64,000 nt of DNA from an uncultured Calditrichaceae bacterium. Lineage in GTDB: Bacteria > Zhuqueibacterota > Zhuqueibacteria > Oceanimicrobiales > Oceanimicrobiaceae. Shown here one piece after another: positions 19,213 through 29,281 of this stretch (position 1 is the first letter of the stretch; every line of letters begins with the position of its first letter). Where the stretch lies: positions 8,201 to 72,200 of the forward strand of contig CAYVXE010000001.1 of assembly GCA_964455375.1 (NCBI GenBank), in the 5' to 3' direction. The notes beneath the pieces are model-generated. The model ran no database searches and had not been told where the DNA came from. It saw nothing but the letters and a program-made list of their open reading frames with translations. The position numbers were made by a program, and so were the translations under genes.

Positions 19213-22060
19213 GTTAAGTACTTTGGGTTTGGATGTGAAAGTTGACGATTATTATAAAAAATTGTTATCAGAAAGTAAAGAAGAAATTTCTGCGAGCCCA
19301 TTAAAGCTTGATTTTTCAGGATATTTTGTTAAATTGAATCAACTTTTACAAATAGTTCAGGCTAAAATACTATCTCATTTTCAATTACCGACCATGCTTT
19401 TTCCCACAAGATCGTTTCGAAATGACCTGTTAGTCCGACTCCTTATTTTTCTTGTCGCGGGATTTTTTATCCATGCAAACAATCTTCTGGGAGAGGATTG
19501 GACGTCTGAATATTTTCACCGGTCAAAGGAGGCGTCTCAACTTGTCCAGTATCAGCATCGTTATGTGGGAGCTACCCGCCGTCTTGTAAATTTAAACGGT
19601 GAATGGCAGGTGCGGAAAGTCGATGAAGATGCATGGCACGCTGCCTGGGTTCCGGGCGCTTATAGTTTCCAGGGTGATGTTGAGTACAAGCGTACCTTTC
19701 AAATTGATTCCAGTTTTGTGGGTAAGCACCTGCAACTCATCATCTGGGGAATCAATAACCGCTGTCAGATATTTCTAAACGGTGAATTTTTACAGAGCCA
19801 CAGTGGAGGCCGCACGTCATTTGCCGTCGACATCAGTGAAAATCGAATTCATCATGATTCCCCGAATGAAATCCGTATCATCATTCAAAACAAATTACTT
19901 TCCAAAAGCAGTGTCCCGTTAAGTTTCCCTCCCCGGTTTAGTAGAAATTACGGCGGTATTTTTCGTGATATTTTTGTTTTAGCCACGCCGGTAAGATATG
20001 TCCGGGATTTGAAAATAAGCCAGCAATTTGATACGAACTTTACAAATTGTCGCCTTAGAATAAAATCCATACTGGCTAATTTTTATGACGACATTGAGGG
20101 TGCAGGATCAAAAACATTTACCATTCAAAGTGAAGTCTGGGACATCCGAAAAAACGAGCGCATAGCTGTTACAAAAAAACGGCCGGTGCTATTTGAAAAG
20201 AGATTTTTGACTTTGGTTGACAGTTTAAGTATTCAAGGTGTGGACCTCTGGAGTCCGGATCATCCGAACTTGTATGAAATGCGGACGATTTTGTCTGATT
20301 CAAAGGGAATTCTTGATCGACTGCACCGGCGTGTTGGGTTCAAGGATCTGACATTTGAGAAATCTGTTTTGTTAAATGGTAAAAAGCTGCAGATAAAGGG
20401 GTTCGATTGGATTGATGATTTTCCAGGAATAGGGACAACTGCCGGGTGGAAAACGCTTAAAGCGGAGATTCAAGCAATTAAGAGCACCGGTGCAAATGCC
20501 ATTCGGATTATGGAAGGTGCACCGCATCCTTATTTTCTTGATTTGTGTGATGACGCGGGTTTATTGGTTTTTGAACAAGCACCATTATTTATGCTTCCGG
20601 ATACGCGGCTCAGAGACCTGTCTTTTGACGAGTTACTGGAAAACACATATAATGAGATGCTTGAGCGGGATAGCTGGCACACGTCATTCGCTGCATTGGG
20701 AATTGGAACTGATCTGCAGTTAGATTCTCCTTATACGAGGGATTTCTTTGCTCGTTTTGAAAAAAAAGTGGCAGGGCAGCAAATTGCACTATTTGTAGCA
20801 AGTAGATTTATGCCGCCGGCGCCCCTGCCGGATTTTATTGAGTTTAACTTTGTCGAACTTCCGGGTAAGATGCCAGAGGCAATCCTGACCTTTATTAAAA
20901 ATTATCAAACTTATTTTGAGGAAACGCCGGTGATCCTTTCGGTGGGGCAACCGGTTCGCAGTAAGGAGATTGAGTCGGATACCGGCCAACCTCAGAATAT
21001 ACGCCGCGGCCAATTTAAAAAATATTCTAAATCAGTTAAAGTTGAGGAATTGCAGGCCTATACGTTAAACCGAATTTTGACGGATGTCAACCAAACAGGA
21101 CGAGCAGCGGGGAGCATGATATTCAGTTTTGCTGATTGGCAATCGGGGCGGCCAAACTTAGTATTTGGCGGGGATCAAGATGATTTTTTGATTAAAACCG
21201 GCATCGTGAATCGTCATCGTGAAAAGCGTATCGCTTTTAACGTGGTGAAGAATTTGTTTAAGGCATATCAGCCCATTCGCATGTCGGTTAAAGTGCCGGT
21301 TAGGAAAAATCCAAACATTTATCCGGTTGCCGGTATTTTTTTGATTTTGGTTTTCCTGTTTCACTTTAATCGTAATCGAAAATTCCGTGGAAATCTTAAT
21401 AGGATTTTCGTGTATCCGCATGGATTCTATATTGAATTAAGAGAAAACCGTAAAGTGCAGGGCATGCACACCTTATTGCTGAGTTTTGTTATTTGTACCG
21501 CGTTAGGCATTGTTCTCTCAAGCATTATATATCATTTTCGACAAGACCTTCTTTTCGACGAGCTCCTTAATCTTTTTTTTCAGTCCCGCAATATCAAGAA
21601 ATATGTTATTGGGATGCTTTTGCAGCCTTTTACGTCAATTTTAGTGCTCACTTTTTTGTGTTATCTTTGGTTTACGGGCATTGTTGTAACTTCAATATTT
21701 GTTTCAAGAATATTGGGACAAAGTGTTCGCTGGAGTCAATTTTTTACCCTCGCCTTCTGGAGCGGTGCCAATTTTGTCTTGCTGCTGCCGTTAGTTCCGA
21801 TTTATTACAGGACGCTGAATTATCCAAATTTGACCATACCGGTAATAGCGATTCTGTTTGGTTTCGTAATATGGTTTGCCATTCGATTATTCCGCAGTTT
21901 ACATATTATGTATATGTTGACAATGGTACGGACGATTATATTGGGAATAACTATGTTTGTCGTGGTGTTTGGCAGCGTGGCCTGGTATTTTGAAGAAAAG
22001 TACGCTGCACTCGACTACCTGAAAATTTATTTTAAAATTATTCGAAGTTTTATAAGTTGA
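19187..22060 (+). CDS. GH2-like ectodomain, probably catalytically inactive, fused to a C-terminal polytopic membrane domain
   Basis: The N-terminus matches the GH2 sugar-binding domain (WHAAWVPGAYSF...RNYGGIFRDIFVLATP, compare LacZ WRMSGIFRDVSLL). The start of the TIM barrel (ANAIRIMEGAPHPYFLDLCDDAGLLVFEQAP) is followed by ALGIGTD where GH2 enzymes carry the acid/base motif (LacZ has SLGNESG there). Eight or nine TM helices occupy the last 300 aa. The true start is probably an internal Met such as MLFPTRSF..., because the listed start overlaps nhaC. Confidence 0.55.
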   Translation: MIRSENDFMLSTLGLDVKVDDYYKKLLSESKEEISASPLKLDFSGYFVKLNQLLQIVQAKILSHFQLPTMLFPTRSFRNDLLVRLLIFLVAGFFIHANNLLGEDWTSEYFHRSKEASQLVQYQHRYVGATRRLVNLNGEWQVRKVDEDAWHAAWVPGAYSFQGDVEYKRTFQIDSSFVGKHLQLIIWGINNRCQIFLNGEFLQSHSGGRTSFAVDISENRIHHDSPNEIRIIIQNKLLSKSSVPLSFPPRFSRNYGGIFRDIFVLATPVRYVRDLKISQQFDTNFTNCRLRIKSILANFYDDIEGAGSKTFTIQSEVWDIRKNERIAVTKKRPVLFEKRFLTLVDSLSIQGVDLWSPDHPNLYEMRTILSDSKGILDRLHRRVGFKDLTFEKSVLLNGKKLQIKGFDWIDDFPGIGTTAGWKTLKAEIQAIKSTGANAIRIMEGAPHPYFLDLCDDAGLLVFEQAPLFMLPDTRLRDLSFDELLENTYNEMLERDSWHTSFAALGIGTDLQLDSPYTRDFFARFEKKVAGQQIALFVASRFMPPAPLPDFIEFNFVELPGKMPEAILTFIKNYQTYFEETPVILSVGQPVRSKEIESDTGQPQNIRRGQFKKYSKSVKVEELQAYTLNRILTDVNQTGRAAGSMIFSFADWQSGRPNLVFGGDQDDFLIKTGIVNRHREKRIAFNVVKNLFKAYQPIRMSVKVPVRKNPNIYPVAGIFLILVFLFHFNRNRKFRGNLNRIFVYPHGFYIELRENRKVQGMHTLLLSFVICTALGIVLSSIIYHFRQDLLFDELLNLFFQSRNIKKYVIGMLLQPFTSILVLTFLCYLWFTGIVVTSIFVSRILGQSVRWSQFFTLAFWSGANFVLLLPLVPIYYRTLNYPNLTIPVIAILFGFVIWFAIRLFRSLHIMYMLTMVRTIILGITMFVVVFGSVAWYFEEKYAALDYLKIYFKIIRSFIS

Positions 22061-22185
22061 TGCTGGTTGTATGATTCAGGTCAGCTTGCCTGTTTTTCAC
22101 GTCTGCATTTATGACAATAATATTATTTTTTCGTCTAACCTAATGATTTATAATCGGTGTTCTGTATTTTCCTCAAAAAAAGCGC

Positions 22186-22214
22186 TTGACTTTTGTTGAA
22201 TATTGGTCTATATT
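22186..22214 (+). promoter_or_regulatory. Sigma-70 promoter: TTGACT, 17-nt spacer, TATATT. It sits upstream of smc.
   Basis: The hexamers were read directly. The site lies in a 260-nt AT-rich gap, about 105 nt upstream of the smc GTG. An SD sequence, AGAAGG, precedes that GTG. Confidence 0.5.
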
Positions 22215-22318
22215 CAGACGAACAACAGTATGTCGTAGTTCTCTCCTTTGAGTTATACTGTATATAGTATGCTTTAAAATAATACATTGAAAAAAACAAA
22301 CAATAAAGAAGGTAAACT

Positions 22319-25300
22319 GTGTATTTAGATGGTATTTCAATTCACGGATTTAAGTCGTTTGCAAAAAAAACACAGATCAATTTTAACAATGGAATCACGG
22401 CGGTGGTGGGCCCTAATGGCTGTGGTAAAAGTAACATCGTCGATGCGATCCGGTGGGTTTTAGGAGAGCAAAAAGCCGGCTCAATTCGCAGCGAGAAAAT
22501 GGAAAATGTGATTTTTAACGGTACCCAAAATATAAAACCTCTCGGAATGGCTGAAGTATCTTTAAAAATACACAACACAAAAAATGTTTTACCCATCGAA
22601 TATTCGGAAGTACTGATTACCCGACGTTTATTCAGATCAACTGAAAGTCAGTATTTATTGAATAATAGTCCTTGTCGCTTAAAAGATATTCAGGATTTGT
22701 TCATGGATACGGGTATGGGAGTCAATGCTTATTCTATTATAGAATTAAGTATGATAGAAACTATTCTTAACGGCAAGCCGGAAGAGCGGCGAAAAATAAT
22801 TGAAGAAGCTGCCGGCGTCACAAAATATAAACTGCGTCGTAAAGCTGCATTTCGGAAACTGGAGGCCACTGCGGCAGACCTTGTTCGTGTAAATGATATC
22901 ATTAGCGAAGTGGAAAAAAATGTTTCTTCACTGCAAAGACAAGTAAGAAAGGCGAGAAGATATCAGGAGTTCAGTGAATTGTTGAAAGAGGATGAAATCA
23001 AGTTAGCCACTCACAACTATTCAAAAATATTGTTTGAACTTGACCCCCTGACTGAAAAACTGAAAGAAACTCAAAATAGTCGTGTGGAACTGAGTACGGT
23101 TTTCGATGAAAAGGAATCTGAAATTGAAGAGGGTCGCCGCCAATTACTTGATTTGGAAAAGCGACTGAGCGCGGAGCAGAAAGCATTAAATAGTTTTGCC
23201 TTGAAAATCCAAAAGCAGGAAGAACAAATTCTGGTTGCACGTGAACGACGCAAGGCTTTGGAAACGGCCAAAGAAAGGTTGAAAAGAGATAAAGGAGAAC
23301 TTCATGAACGAGTGGATAGAAATAAAAGTCAGCTTTTAGCCTCAAAAGAGGAGGTTCAGCAATTATTTGCAAAAATTCAACTCGCTGAAAACGATTACCA
23401 GGAGAAGAACTCGGCGCTTAAGAAAATAGAGCTGCGCTTTCAAGAAAAAAACGATTCCTTGAAGAGTCTCGAAAATCAGCGTTTGCAGGCTGTCGAAGGT
23501 TTGACGGACAGTAAGAAAGAAGAAGAGCGTATTAAAACACAGCTTGAAAATATCGAGGAGCGTGAGAAAGCAATCGACCGCCAGCTTGAGGAATATGAGC
23601 TTCTGTCAAAAATCAGAGCTGACAAGTTAGAGAAGACAGTTGACAGGAAATCGGAAAAGGAAGCTGTTCTGCGCAGGAAGGCATTTGAGAAAAAGAAACT
23701 CCTTGCTAAAATTGAAACTTTGACTAAACAAAAAGAGCAGATCAAAGAGACAATTTTACAGCGAAGAAGCGAAATTCAGACTCTTAAAGAGCGCATTGAA
23801 TTGTTGAGGAAGTTTTTAGAGTCGTATGAGGATCATCCAGAAGGCGTGCAGCATCTTATAAAGGAAGGCTATTTGAACGGTGGCTATAAGGGTACGATTG
23901 CAGAAGTTTTATCCGTTGATGAAAACTATCGCTATGCCATCGAGACGGCGCTTGGCGACGCAGCCGTTTCGTTGGTTGTAGAAAATACGGATCAGGCGCT
24001 GAAATGTATCGACGTGCTCAAATCCGGTGAAAAGGGGTCTGTAACGTTTTTTCCTCTGGATAAAATTCATGTGACGAATGGCGCTAACACCAAAGATATC
24101 AATCCGGAACAAACCGAAGGCATGGTTGATTGGGCGTACAATCTCGTACAATGTCGCGATGACTATAAACCTTTGATTCGTTCTTTGTTGTATGACTATA
24201 TTATCGTTAAAGATTTGGCTGTGGCCAGGCAATATGCAGACAAGATACAGGATAAGCGTATTAATTTAATTACGTTAAATGGAGAAATTTACTCGACTTG
24301 GGGTCCCATCAGGGGGGGCGGAACCGCAAAGCAAGGCGGTATTGTGGGCCGAAAAGAGTTAGTCAAAAAATTAGAAAAAAAACTGCAAAAATCCTCGAAA
24401 ATGATCCAGGATGATGAATCGCTTCTACAAACGGTGGAGCAAAATTATAAAAAGGCGTTTGAAAAGGGACAGGCGTTGTCCTCTGAAATAAAATCTCTGG
24501 AATCGAATGTAAATGATTTAGATGTTAAACAAGCCCAATTAAATTTTGAAACCAAGAAGGATGCTGAAGTAATAGAAAGACTGAGCCAGGAAAAACAAGC
24601 ACATCGTACTAATAGAGAACAATTACATAAGAAGTTCCGGACAATTGCACCGTCTCTAAATGATTTGCAGGAAAATAAATTCAAATTTGAAGTTGACCAT
24701 AAGCGTATTTCCGAGGAATTAGCCGGATTGGAAGATGACATAAGGGAACATCGTGAAATTGAGCAGGACAGCCGGGTTATGCTCGTTGATCTTAAAGGTC
24801 AGGAGCGGCATCTTCAGGAAAATATTTCAAAGTTGATTGACTATCAAAGAGAGTTGATAAAATCTCAGGAGCGAATTACTCAAGAAATTGAATTTACCTC
24901 CAGGGAATATGTGGAGCTTGAAAATCAGATTGAAATAAATAAGAAAAATATTCAGGTCGATTTCGAACAACACCAGGTGTTAGAGTCTAAAGTGCATGAT
25001 CTTGAACAGACTTATTTTAAGCAGAAGGAAATTCTCGAGGAGAAAGAAAAAAAGGTAAAGAAGATCCGGGAAGAGCGCGATATGGTTTCGGAATCTTTCC
25101 ACGGCATAGAATTGCGTGTGTCGGAGTTGAAGCACAATAGCGAAAAGATAAAAGAAATGATCGAGGAGGAGCACGACGTCGGGATTTCACGGCAACAGAT
25201 CGATGAAAACCTGGACGAGTTGGCATTGACGGCTAACATCGAATCTCTGAAAAATAAGTTGAACTCTATGGGGCCTGTGAACCTCCTGGCATTAAAGGAA

Positions 25301-25876
25301 TATGATAAAGAAAAATCCCGGTTTGAATTTTTGCAGACACAAAAAAATGATTTGATCGAAGCGGAGAAGAATCTCAACGAAACCATTCATGTGATCAACA
25401 GAACCGCACGGGACAGGTTTGAGAGTGTTTTTGAGCAGATACGGAAAAATTTTATTCAGGTATTTACCGGGTTTTTTGAAAACGGCCAGGCGGATTTGAA
25501 ATTAGGACCAGGTGCTGATCCCCTTGAATCGGATATCATCATCGAGGCTGACCCTAAGGGAAGAAAAATTGCTGCAATATCCTTGCTCTCAGGCGGCGAA
25601 AAGACGTTAACAGCGATTTCTTTGCTATTTGGTATTTATTTAGTCAAACCCAGCCCGTTTTGCATTCTGGATGAAGTAGACGCACCACTTGACGATGCCA
25701 ACATTCAAAGATATGTAAAGGCTATTCGCAAGTTTTCGGAAAACACGCAATTTATTGTCGTGACTCACAACAAACTGACCATGCGGGAAGCTGATTGTCT
25801 CTATGGCATCACCATGCAGGAAGAAGGCGTCTCAAAAGTCGTCTCAGTAAATTTTCACGAAATGGAATTGAATTAA
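22319..25876 (+). CDS. smc: Chromosome segregation protein SMC
   Basis: N-terminal Walker A motif VVGPNGCGKSN, long coiled-coil arms interrupted by a hinge, C-terminal signature motif LSGGEKTLTAISLLFGI, and Walker B motif FCILDEVDAPLD. Confidence 0.9.
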   Translation: MYLDGISIHGFKSFAKKTQINFNNGITAVVGPNGCGKSNIVDAIRWVLGEQKAGSIRSEKMENVIFNGTQNIKPLGMAEVSLKIHNTKNVLPIEYSEVLITRRLFRSTESQYLLNNSPCRLKDIQDLFMDTGMGVNAYSIIELSMIETILNGKPEERRKIIEEAAGVTKYKLRRKAAFRKLEATAADLVRVNDIISEVEKNVSSLQRQVRKARRYQEFSELLKEDEIKLATHNYSKILFELDPLTEKLKETQNSRVELSTVFDEKESEIEEGRRQLLDLEKRLSAEQKALNSFALKIQKQEEQILVARERRKALETAKERLKRDKGELHERVDRNKSQLLASKEEVQQLFAKIQLAENDYQEKNSALKKIELRFQEKNDSLKSLENQRLQAVEGLTDSKKEEERIKTQLENIEEREKAIDRQLEEYELLSKIRADKLEKTVDRKSEKEAVLRRKAFEKKKLLAKIETLTKQKEQIKETILQRRSEIQTLKERIELLRKFLESYEDHPEGVQHLIKEGYLNGGYKGTIAEVLSVDENYRYAIETALGDAAVSLVVENTDQALKCIDVLKSGEKGSVTFFPLDKIHVTNGANTKDINPEQTEGMVDWAYNLVQCRDDYKPLIRSLLYDYIIVKDLAVARQYADKIQDKRINLITLNGEIYSTWGPIRGGGTAKQGGIVGRKELVKKLEKKLQKSSKMIQDDESLLQTVEQNYKKAFEKGQALSSEIKSLESNVNDLDVKQAQLNFETKKDAEVIERLSQEKQAHRTNREQLHKKFRTIAPSLNDLQENKFKFEVDHKRISEELAGLEDDIREHREIEQDSRVMLVDLKGQERHLQENISKLIDYQRELIKSQERITQEIEFTSREYVELENQIEINKKNIQVDFEQHQVLESKVHDLEQTYFKQKEILEEKEKKVKKIREERDMVSESFHGIELRVSELKHNSEKIKEMIEEEHDVGISRQQIDENLDELALTANIESLKNKLNSMGPVNLLALKEYDKEKSRFEFLQTQKNDLIEAEKNLNETIHVINRTARDRFESVFEQIRKNFIQVFTGFFENGQADLKLGPGADPLESDIIIEADPKGRKIAAISLLSGGEKTLTAISLLFGIYLVKPSPFCILDEVDAPLDDANIQRYVKAIRKFSENTQFIVVTHNKLTMREADCLYGITMQEEGVSKVVSVNFHEMELN

Positions 25877-26134
25877 TTTGATATTGAGTTCATCTCCCCG
25901 ATTTATCAAAAATTAAACTGTTCTTCCACCTGCTGAATTTGACACATTTTAGCCTTAAATCTGTCCATAAGCCCTCCAGCGAAAGCTTTGAGATGGGTGG
26001 TGCCAATTTGAATCTTTCCTGATTCGCATTTACAATTCCAACCGTTAAGAATTCTTCATCTTTCATTAATGTTTAACAAATTTTATGCCGATGTTTAGGT
26101 ATAATTGTTCAGGAGTTAATATTAAGGTTATAAG

Positions 26135-26374
26135 ATGAATAATACCATGTGGTTAACTAGTTCAGATGTGATTGATAAACTAAATATCAGTTTACGGCAA
26201 TTGTATTATTGGGAACTGAAGGGTATTGTAAAACCGAGAATGATTTCAATGGGATCTCGTGAATTTAAACGATACTCTTCCAGGGATTTCGAAGTATTAC
26301 GGCAAATTAAAGATTATTTGGACCAAGGTTATACGTTAACGAGTGCAGTTCAGCGTGTTCAATCATGCAATTAG
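26135..26374 (+). CDS. Small MerR-family HTH DNA-binding protein
   Basis: A 79-aa MerR-type HTH (SSDVIDKLNISLRQLYYWELKGIV) with no effector domain. It immediately precedes pilD. Confidence 0.5.
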   Translation: MNNTMWLTSSDVIDKLNISLRQLYYWELKGIVKPRMISMGSREFKRYSSRDFEVLRQIKDYLDQGYTLTSAVQRVQSCN

Positions 26375-27153
26375 CAGGGCAGTATTTTATTACGCTTCAA
26401 ATTTGCGTCATTTTCCTCGGCGGTGCCATTTGGGGGAGTTTCCTGAATGTGTGCATTTACCGGCTTCCGCGCAAAGAATCGGTTGTCTGGCCGGGTTCAC
26501 ACTGTCCTGATTGTAACACAGCTATACCTTTTTGGTATAATATTCCTATCATAAGTTATTTTATCTTACACGGGAAATGTAAATTCTGTAAATCTCCAAT
26601 CCCATTTCGATATCCACTTATTGAAGCATTAACGGGCAGCATGTTTGTCCTGTTATGGTACGTTTATGGTTTGAGTCACATGTTTATTTTTTACTCGACT
26701 CTTATTTTGTTTTTACTCCCCATTAGCTTTATTGATTTGGATACGAAACTGATCCTGAATGTTTTGACTTTTCCCGGAATCGTCATAGGTGTGGTGCTTT
26801 CAATATTTCTCAAAGAGACGTCTGTCTATCAATCATTGGTGGGTTTGATTTTAGGTGGTGGATTCCTTTGGTTGTTGGGTATCATCGGAGAATTCTTGTT
26901 TAAAAAAGAGAGTATGGGGGCGGGCGATGTGAAGTTAGGTGCTATGATTGGTGTTTTTCTCGGCCCCGAAGTCATCATAGCTCTTTTTCTTGCTTTCTTT
27001 TTAGCCTTTCCTGTCATTGCAATTGGTCTTGGTGCAAAAAAAATAAAACTGGACAGCGCCGTTCCTTTCGGACCGTTCATTGCGCTGGGAGCAATTCTGA
27101 TTGTGTTTTTCGGACAGACATTGTATAGCTTCTATTTTAACCTCATTGGATGA
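26365..27153 (+). CDS. pilD: Prepilin peptidase (A24 family)
   Basis: An N-terminal Cys tetrad (CPDC...CKFC) lies between TM1 and TM2. Multiple TM helices follow, with a C-terminal peptidase_A24 domain. Confidence 0.85.
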   Translation: MQLAGQYFITLQICVIFLGGAIWGSFLNVCIYRLPRKESVVWPGSHCPDCNTAIPFWYNIPIISYFILHGKCKFCKSPIPFRYPLIEALTGSMFVLLWYVYGLSHMFIFYSTLILFLLPISFIDLDTKLILNVLTFPGIVIGVVLSIFLKETSVYQSLVGLILGGGFLWLLGIIGEFLFKKESMGAGDVKLGAMIGVFLGPEVIIALFLAFFLAFPVIAIGLGAKKIKLDSAVPFGPFIALGAILIVFFGQTLYSFYFNLIG

Positions 27154-28676
27154 GGTCCATCATGAAAGATGTTGAAACGGGGCATAATAATCTGACCATC
27201 GTTGAAAGGGCTTCAATCAATCTGCAGTCGGAAGCGATTGAGGAGTGGTTGTCCCTGCTGCGTTTTATGGCTGTGACTGTTATTCAAGATACTTTTTGTG
27301 TGGCTACCATACAAATCGGTGGAAACAAACTTCAAATCAAAACCCAAAAATCGATCTCTTCTGAGGATATCGCCGGATTAAAGAAGAAATTTGCAGAGGT
27401 TGAGACATTGCATTTTGAGCATATTGACACGATAATCAATTCTCAGGATGAAAATGACTACCGTTTTGATATGCAAAATCGGATTGAAGCCAGCTTTTTT
27501 TCCCCTCTCATCAACGAGGATTCCGAAGTTGCCTATGTTTATATTGCCGGTAGTCAGAAAACAAGTTTCATTGAAGCGCAAAAATTTTTCAGAAATCCCG
27601 GGCTGCTGGATTCTCTGAAGAATCTTCTGGAAATTATGTCTGGCAGGTTAGACCTGTTTGAAGCCCTTGTGGATAGAATATTCGATGGCGTCATTCTTAT
27701 TGATATGCAAAAACAGATTTTGCTCATAAATCCGGCAGCGATAAAATTGTTGGATATAAATAATGAAAGAAATTATGTCGGACAAAAAATAACCGAGTTG
27801 GGCGTTGATTTTGTCACGGATTTTCTTCTGGAAGCTTTGGAAAACAATCTTCATGAAATAAATAAAGTTGTCAGCAGTCCAAAAGACAAATCAAAATTGA
27901 TAGGAATTCACACTGAGTTACTAAAAAACGCCAGAAATGAACAAAGTTGCTGGATGATTTGTCTGAAGGACGTTACCATGAACTGGCAAGTAGACCAGAT
28001 GCGTTCATCCCTGACAATTGTTTCGCACGAAATAAAAACCCCATTGAATTCAATTCTTGGATCGATCGATTTATTACTCGATCAGGATTTGGGGACACTT
28101 AACCAAAGTCAAGTTCATTGCTTGAATATTGTGAAGGACGATACGGCCAGATTAAATCGCTTGCTTACAGATATTCTGGATTTAGCTCGATTTGAGGAGG
28201 GGGTTCAATTCATCGATCGGCGAAAACAGGTAGCACTGATCTTTTTGGTTAATAAGGTCATTGATTCTTTTAAGTCTTATGCACGTTCGAAAAATGTTAC
28301 GTTGATCAGTACCATTCCGAAGTCAATTCCGACATTTAGAGGTGACCGCGATAAGCTGCAGCAAGTTTTTTTCAATTTAGTCGAAAACAGTATCAAATAT
28401 TCATTGCCCGGCGGGCTTGTTCAAATACATGCGGACTTAAATAATTCTGTGCTGACACTGTGGATAAAAGACCAGGGCGTCGGAATCCCAGCCGCTGAAC
28501 ATGAAGCGATTTTCCAAAAATTTAAACAGCTAGACAATTTTGATGGCCAGGGCGAACGTGGATATGGCCTTGGTCTGAGCATTACTAAAGAAATTATTGA
28601 AGCATTAGGTGGAAAAATATGGGTGGAGAGCGAAGTCGGGAGAGGAAGTACATTTTATTTTACGATTCCTGTGTAG
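27150..28676 (+). CDS. Cytoplasmic sensor histidine kinase (GAF/PAS-like N-terminal region; possibly PilS-like)
   Basis: H-box SHEIKTPLNSILGSIDLL and an HATPase_c domain carrying N, G1 and G2 boxes (NLVENSIKYS...DQGVGIP...GYGLGLSI). No TM segments. Confidence 0.8.
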   Translation: MRSIMKDVETGHNNLTIVERASINLQSEAIEEWLSLLRFMAVTVIQDTFCVATIQIGGNKLQIKTQKSISSEDIAGLKKKFAEVETLHFEHIDTIINSQDENDYRFDMQNRIEASFFSPLINEDSEVAYVYIAGSQKTSFIEAQKFFRNPGLLDSLKNLLEIMSGRLDLFEALVDRIFDGVILIDMQKQILLINPAAIKLLDINNERNYVGQKITELGVDFVTDFLLEALENNLHEINKVVSSPKDKSKLIGIHTELLKNARNEQSCWMICLKDVTMNWQVDQMRSSLTIVSHEIKTPLNSILGSIDLLLDQDLGTLNQSQVHCLNIVKDDTARLNRLLTDILDLARFEEGVQFIDRRKQVALIFLVNKVIDSFKSYARSKNVTLISTIPKSIPTFRGDRDKLQQVFFNLVENSIKYSLPGGLVQIHADLNNSVLTLWIKDQGVGIPAAEHEAIFQKFKQLDNFDGQGERGYGLGLSITKEIIEALGGKIWVESEVGRGSTFYFTIPV

Positions 28677-28685
28677 AGAAGAATC

Positions 28686-29063
28686 ATGGCAAAAAAAATA
28701 CTGATTGTAGAAGACTATGTGAATATTGTGGATGTCATGACTATGCGTCTCAATGCAATGGGCTATGAAGTGATTGCCGCGTATGACGGACAGCAAGGAT
28801 TAAATTTGGCGCGCACAAAGAATCCTGATTTAATCATTTTGGATGTTTTGCTGCCTAAAATGAACGGTTACAAAGTCAGTCGGTTGTTGAAATTCGATTC
28901 GAAGTATAAACACATTCCGATCATAATGTTGACCTCCAGAGAGACAAAGCGTCATGAACGATTAGGCTTTGAAACCGGTGCAGATGACTATGTTTACAAA
29001 TCCGACCAGAGCGGAAAGCTGCTGAAAGCTGTTCGAAAATATCTTGAACGGGTTACGACATAA
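28686..29063 (+). CDS. Single-domain CheY-like response regulator
   Basis: A 125-aa receiver domain with the DD...D...K residues (ILIVEDY, LIILDVLLPKMNG, TSRE...K). Confidence 0.8.
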   Translation: MAKKILIVEDYVNIVDVMTMRLNAMGYEVIAAYDGQQGLNLARTKNPDLIILDVLLPKMNGYKVSRLLKFDSKYKHIPIIMLTSRETKRHERLGFETGADDYVYKSDQSGKLLKAVRKYLERVTT

Positions 29064-29281
29064 TACCATGACGTTGTTTTTCAAAAAGACAGATCGAGGT
29101 GTTTATCTGGCGAATTTACCACAAAAAAAGGAAAGCTCGTGCAGAAATCTTTTCACCGGCTTTCTGAAATGGGGATCAGCCTTGCTGGACAGGCTATCGC
29201 TGAACTGCCTGAGCATTTTCGGAATGAACATGATTCTGGAAAAAAATAAAACCGGGTTTTATATATTAACTGACATTTAAA

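Noticed and set aside
22061-22318. An AT-rich 260-nt region upstream of smc, considered as a possible origin or integration hotspot
   Set aside because: It has no DnaA-box-like (TTATCCACA) clusters, no direct repeats and no integrase nearby. A single consensus promoter explains it adequately.
29044-29280. A 78-aa ORF filling the gap between the CheY-like regulator and pilB
   Set aside because: It overlaps the regulator's stop codon, has no SD sequence, and its sequence is non-globular and poly-basic. The gap more likely holds the pilB promoter.
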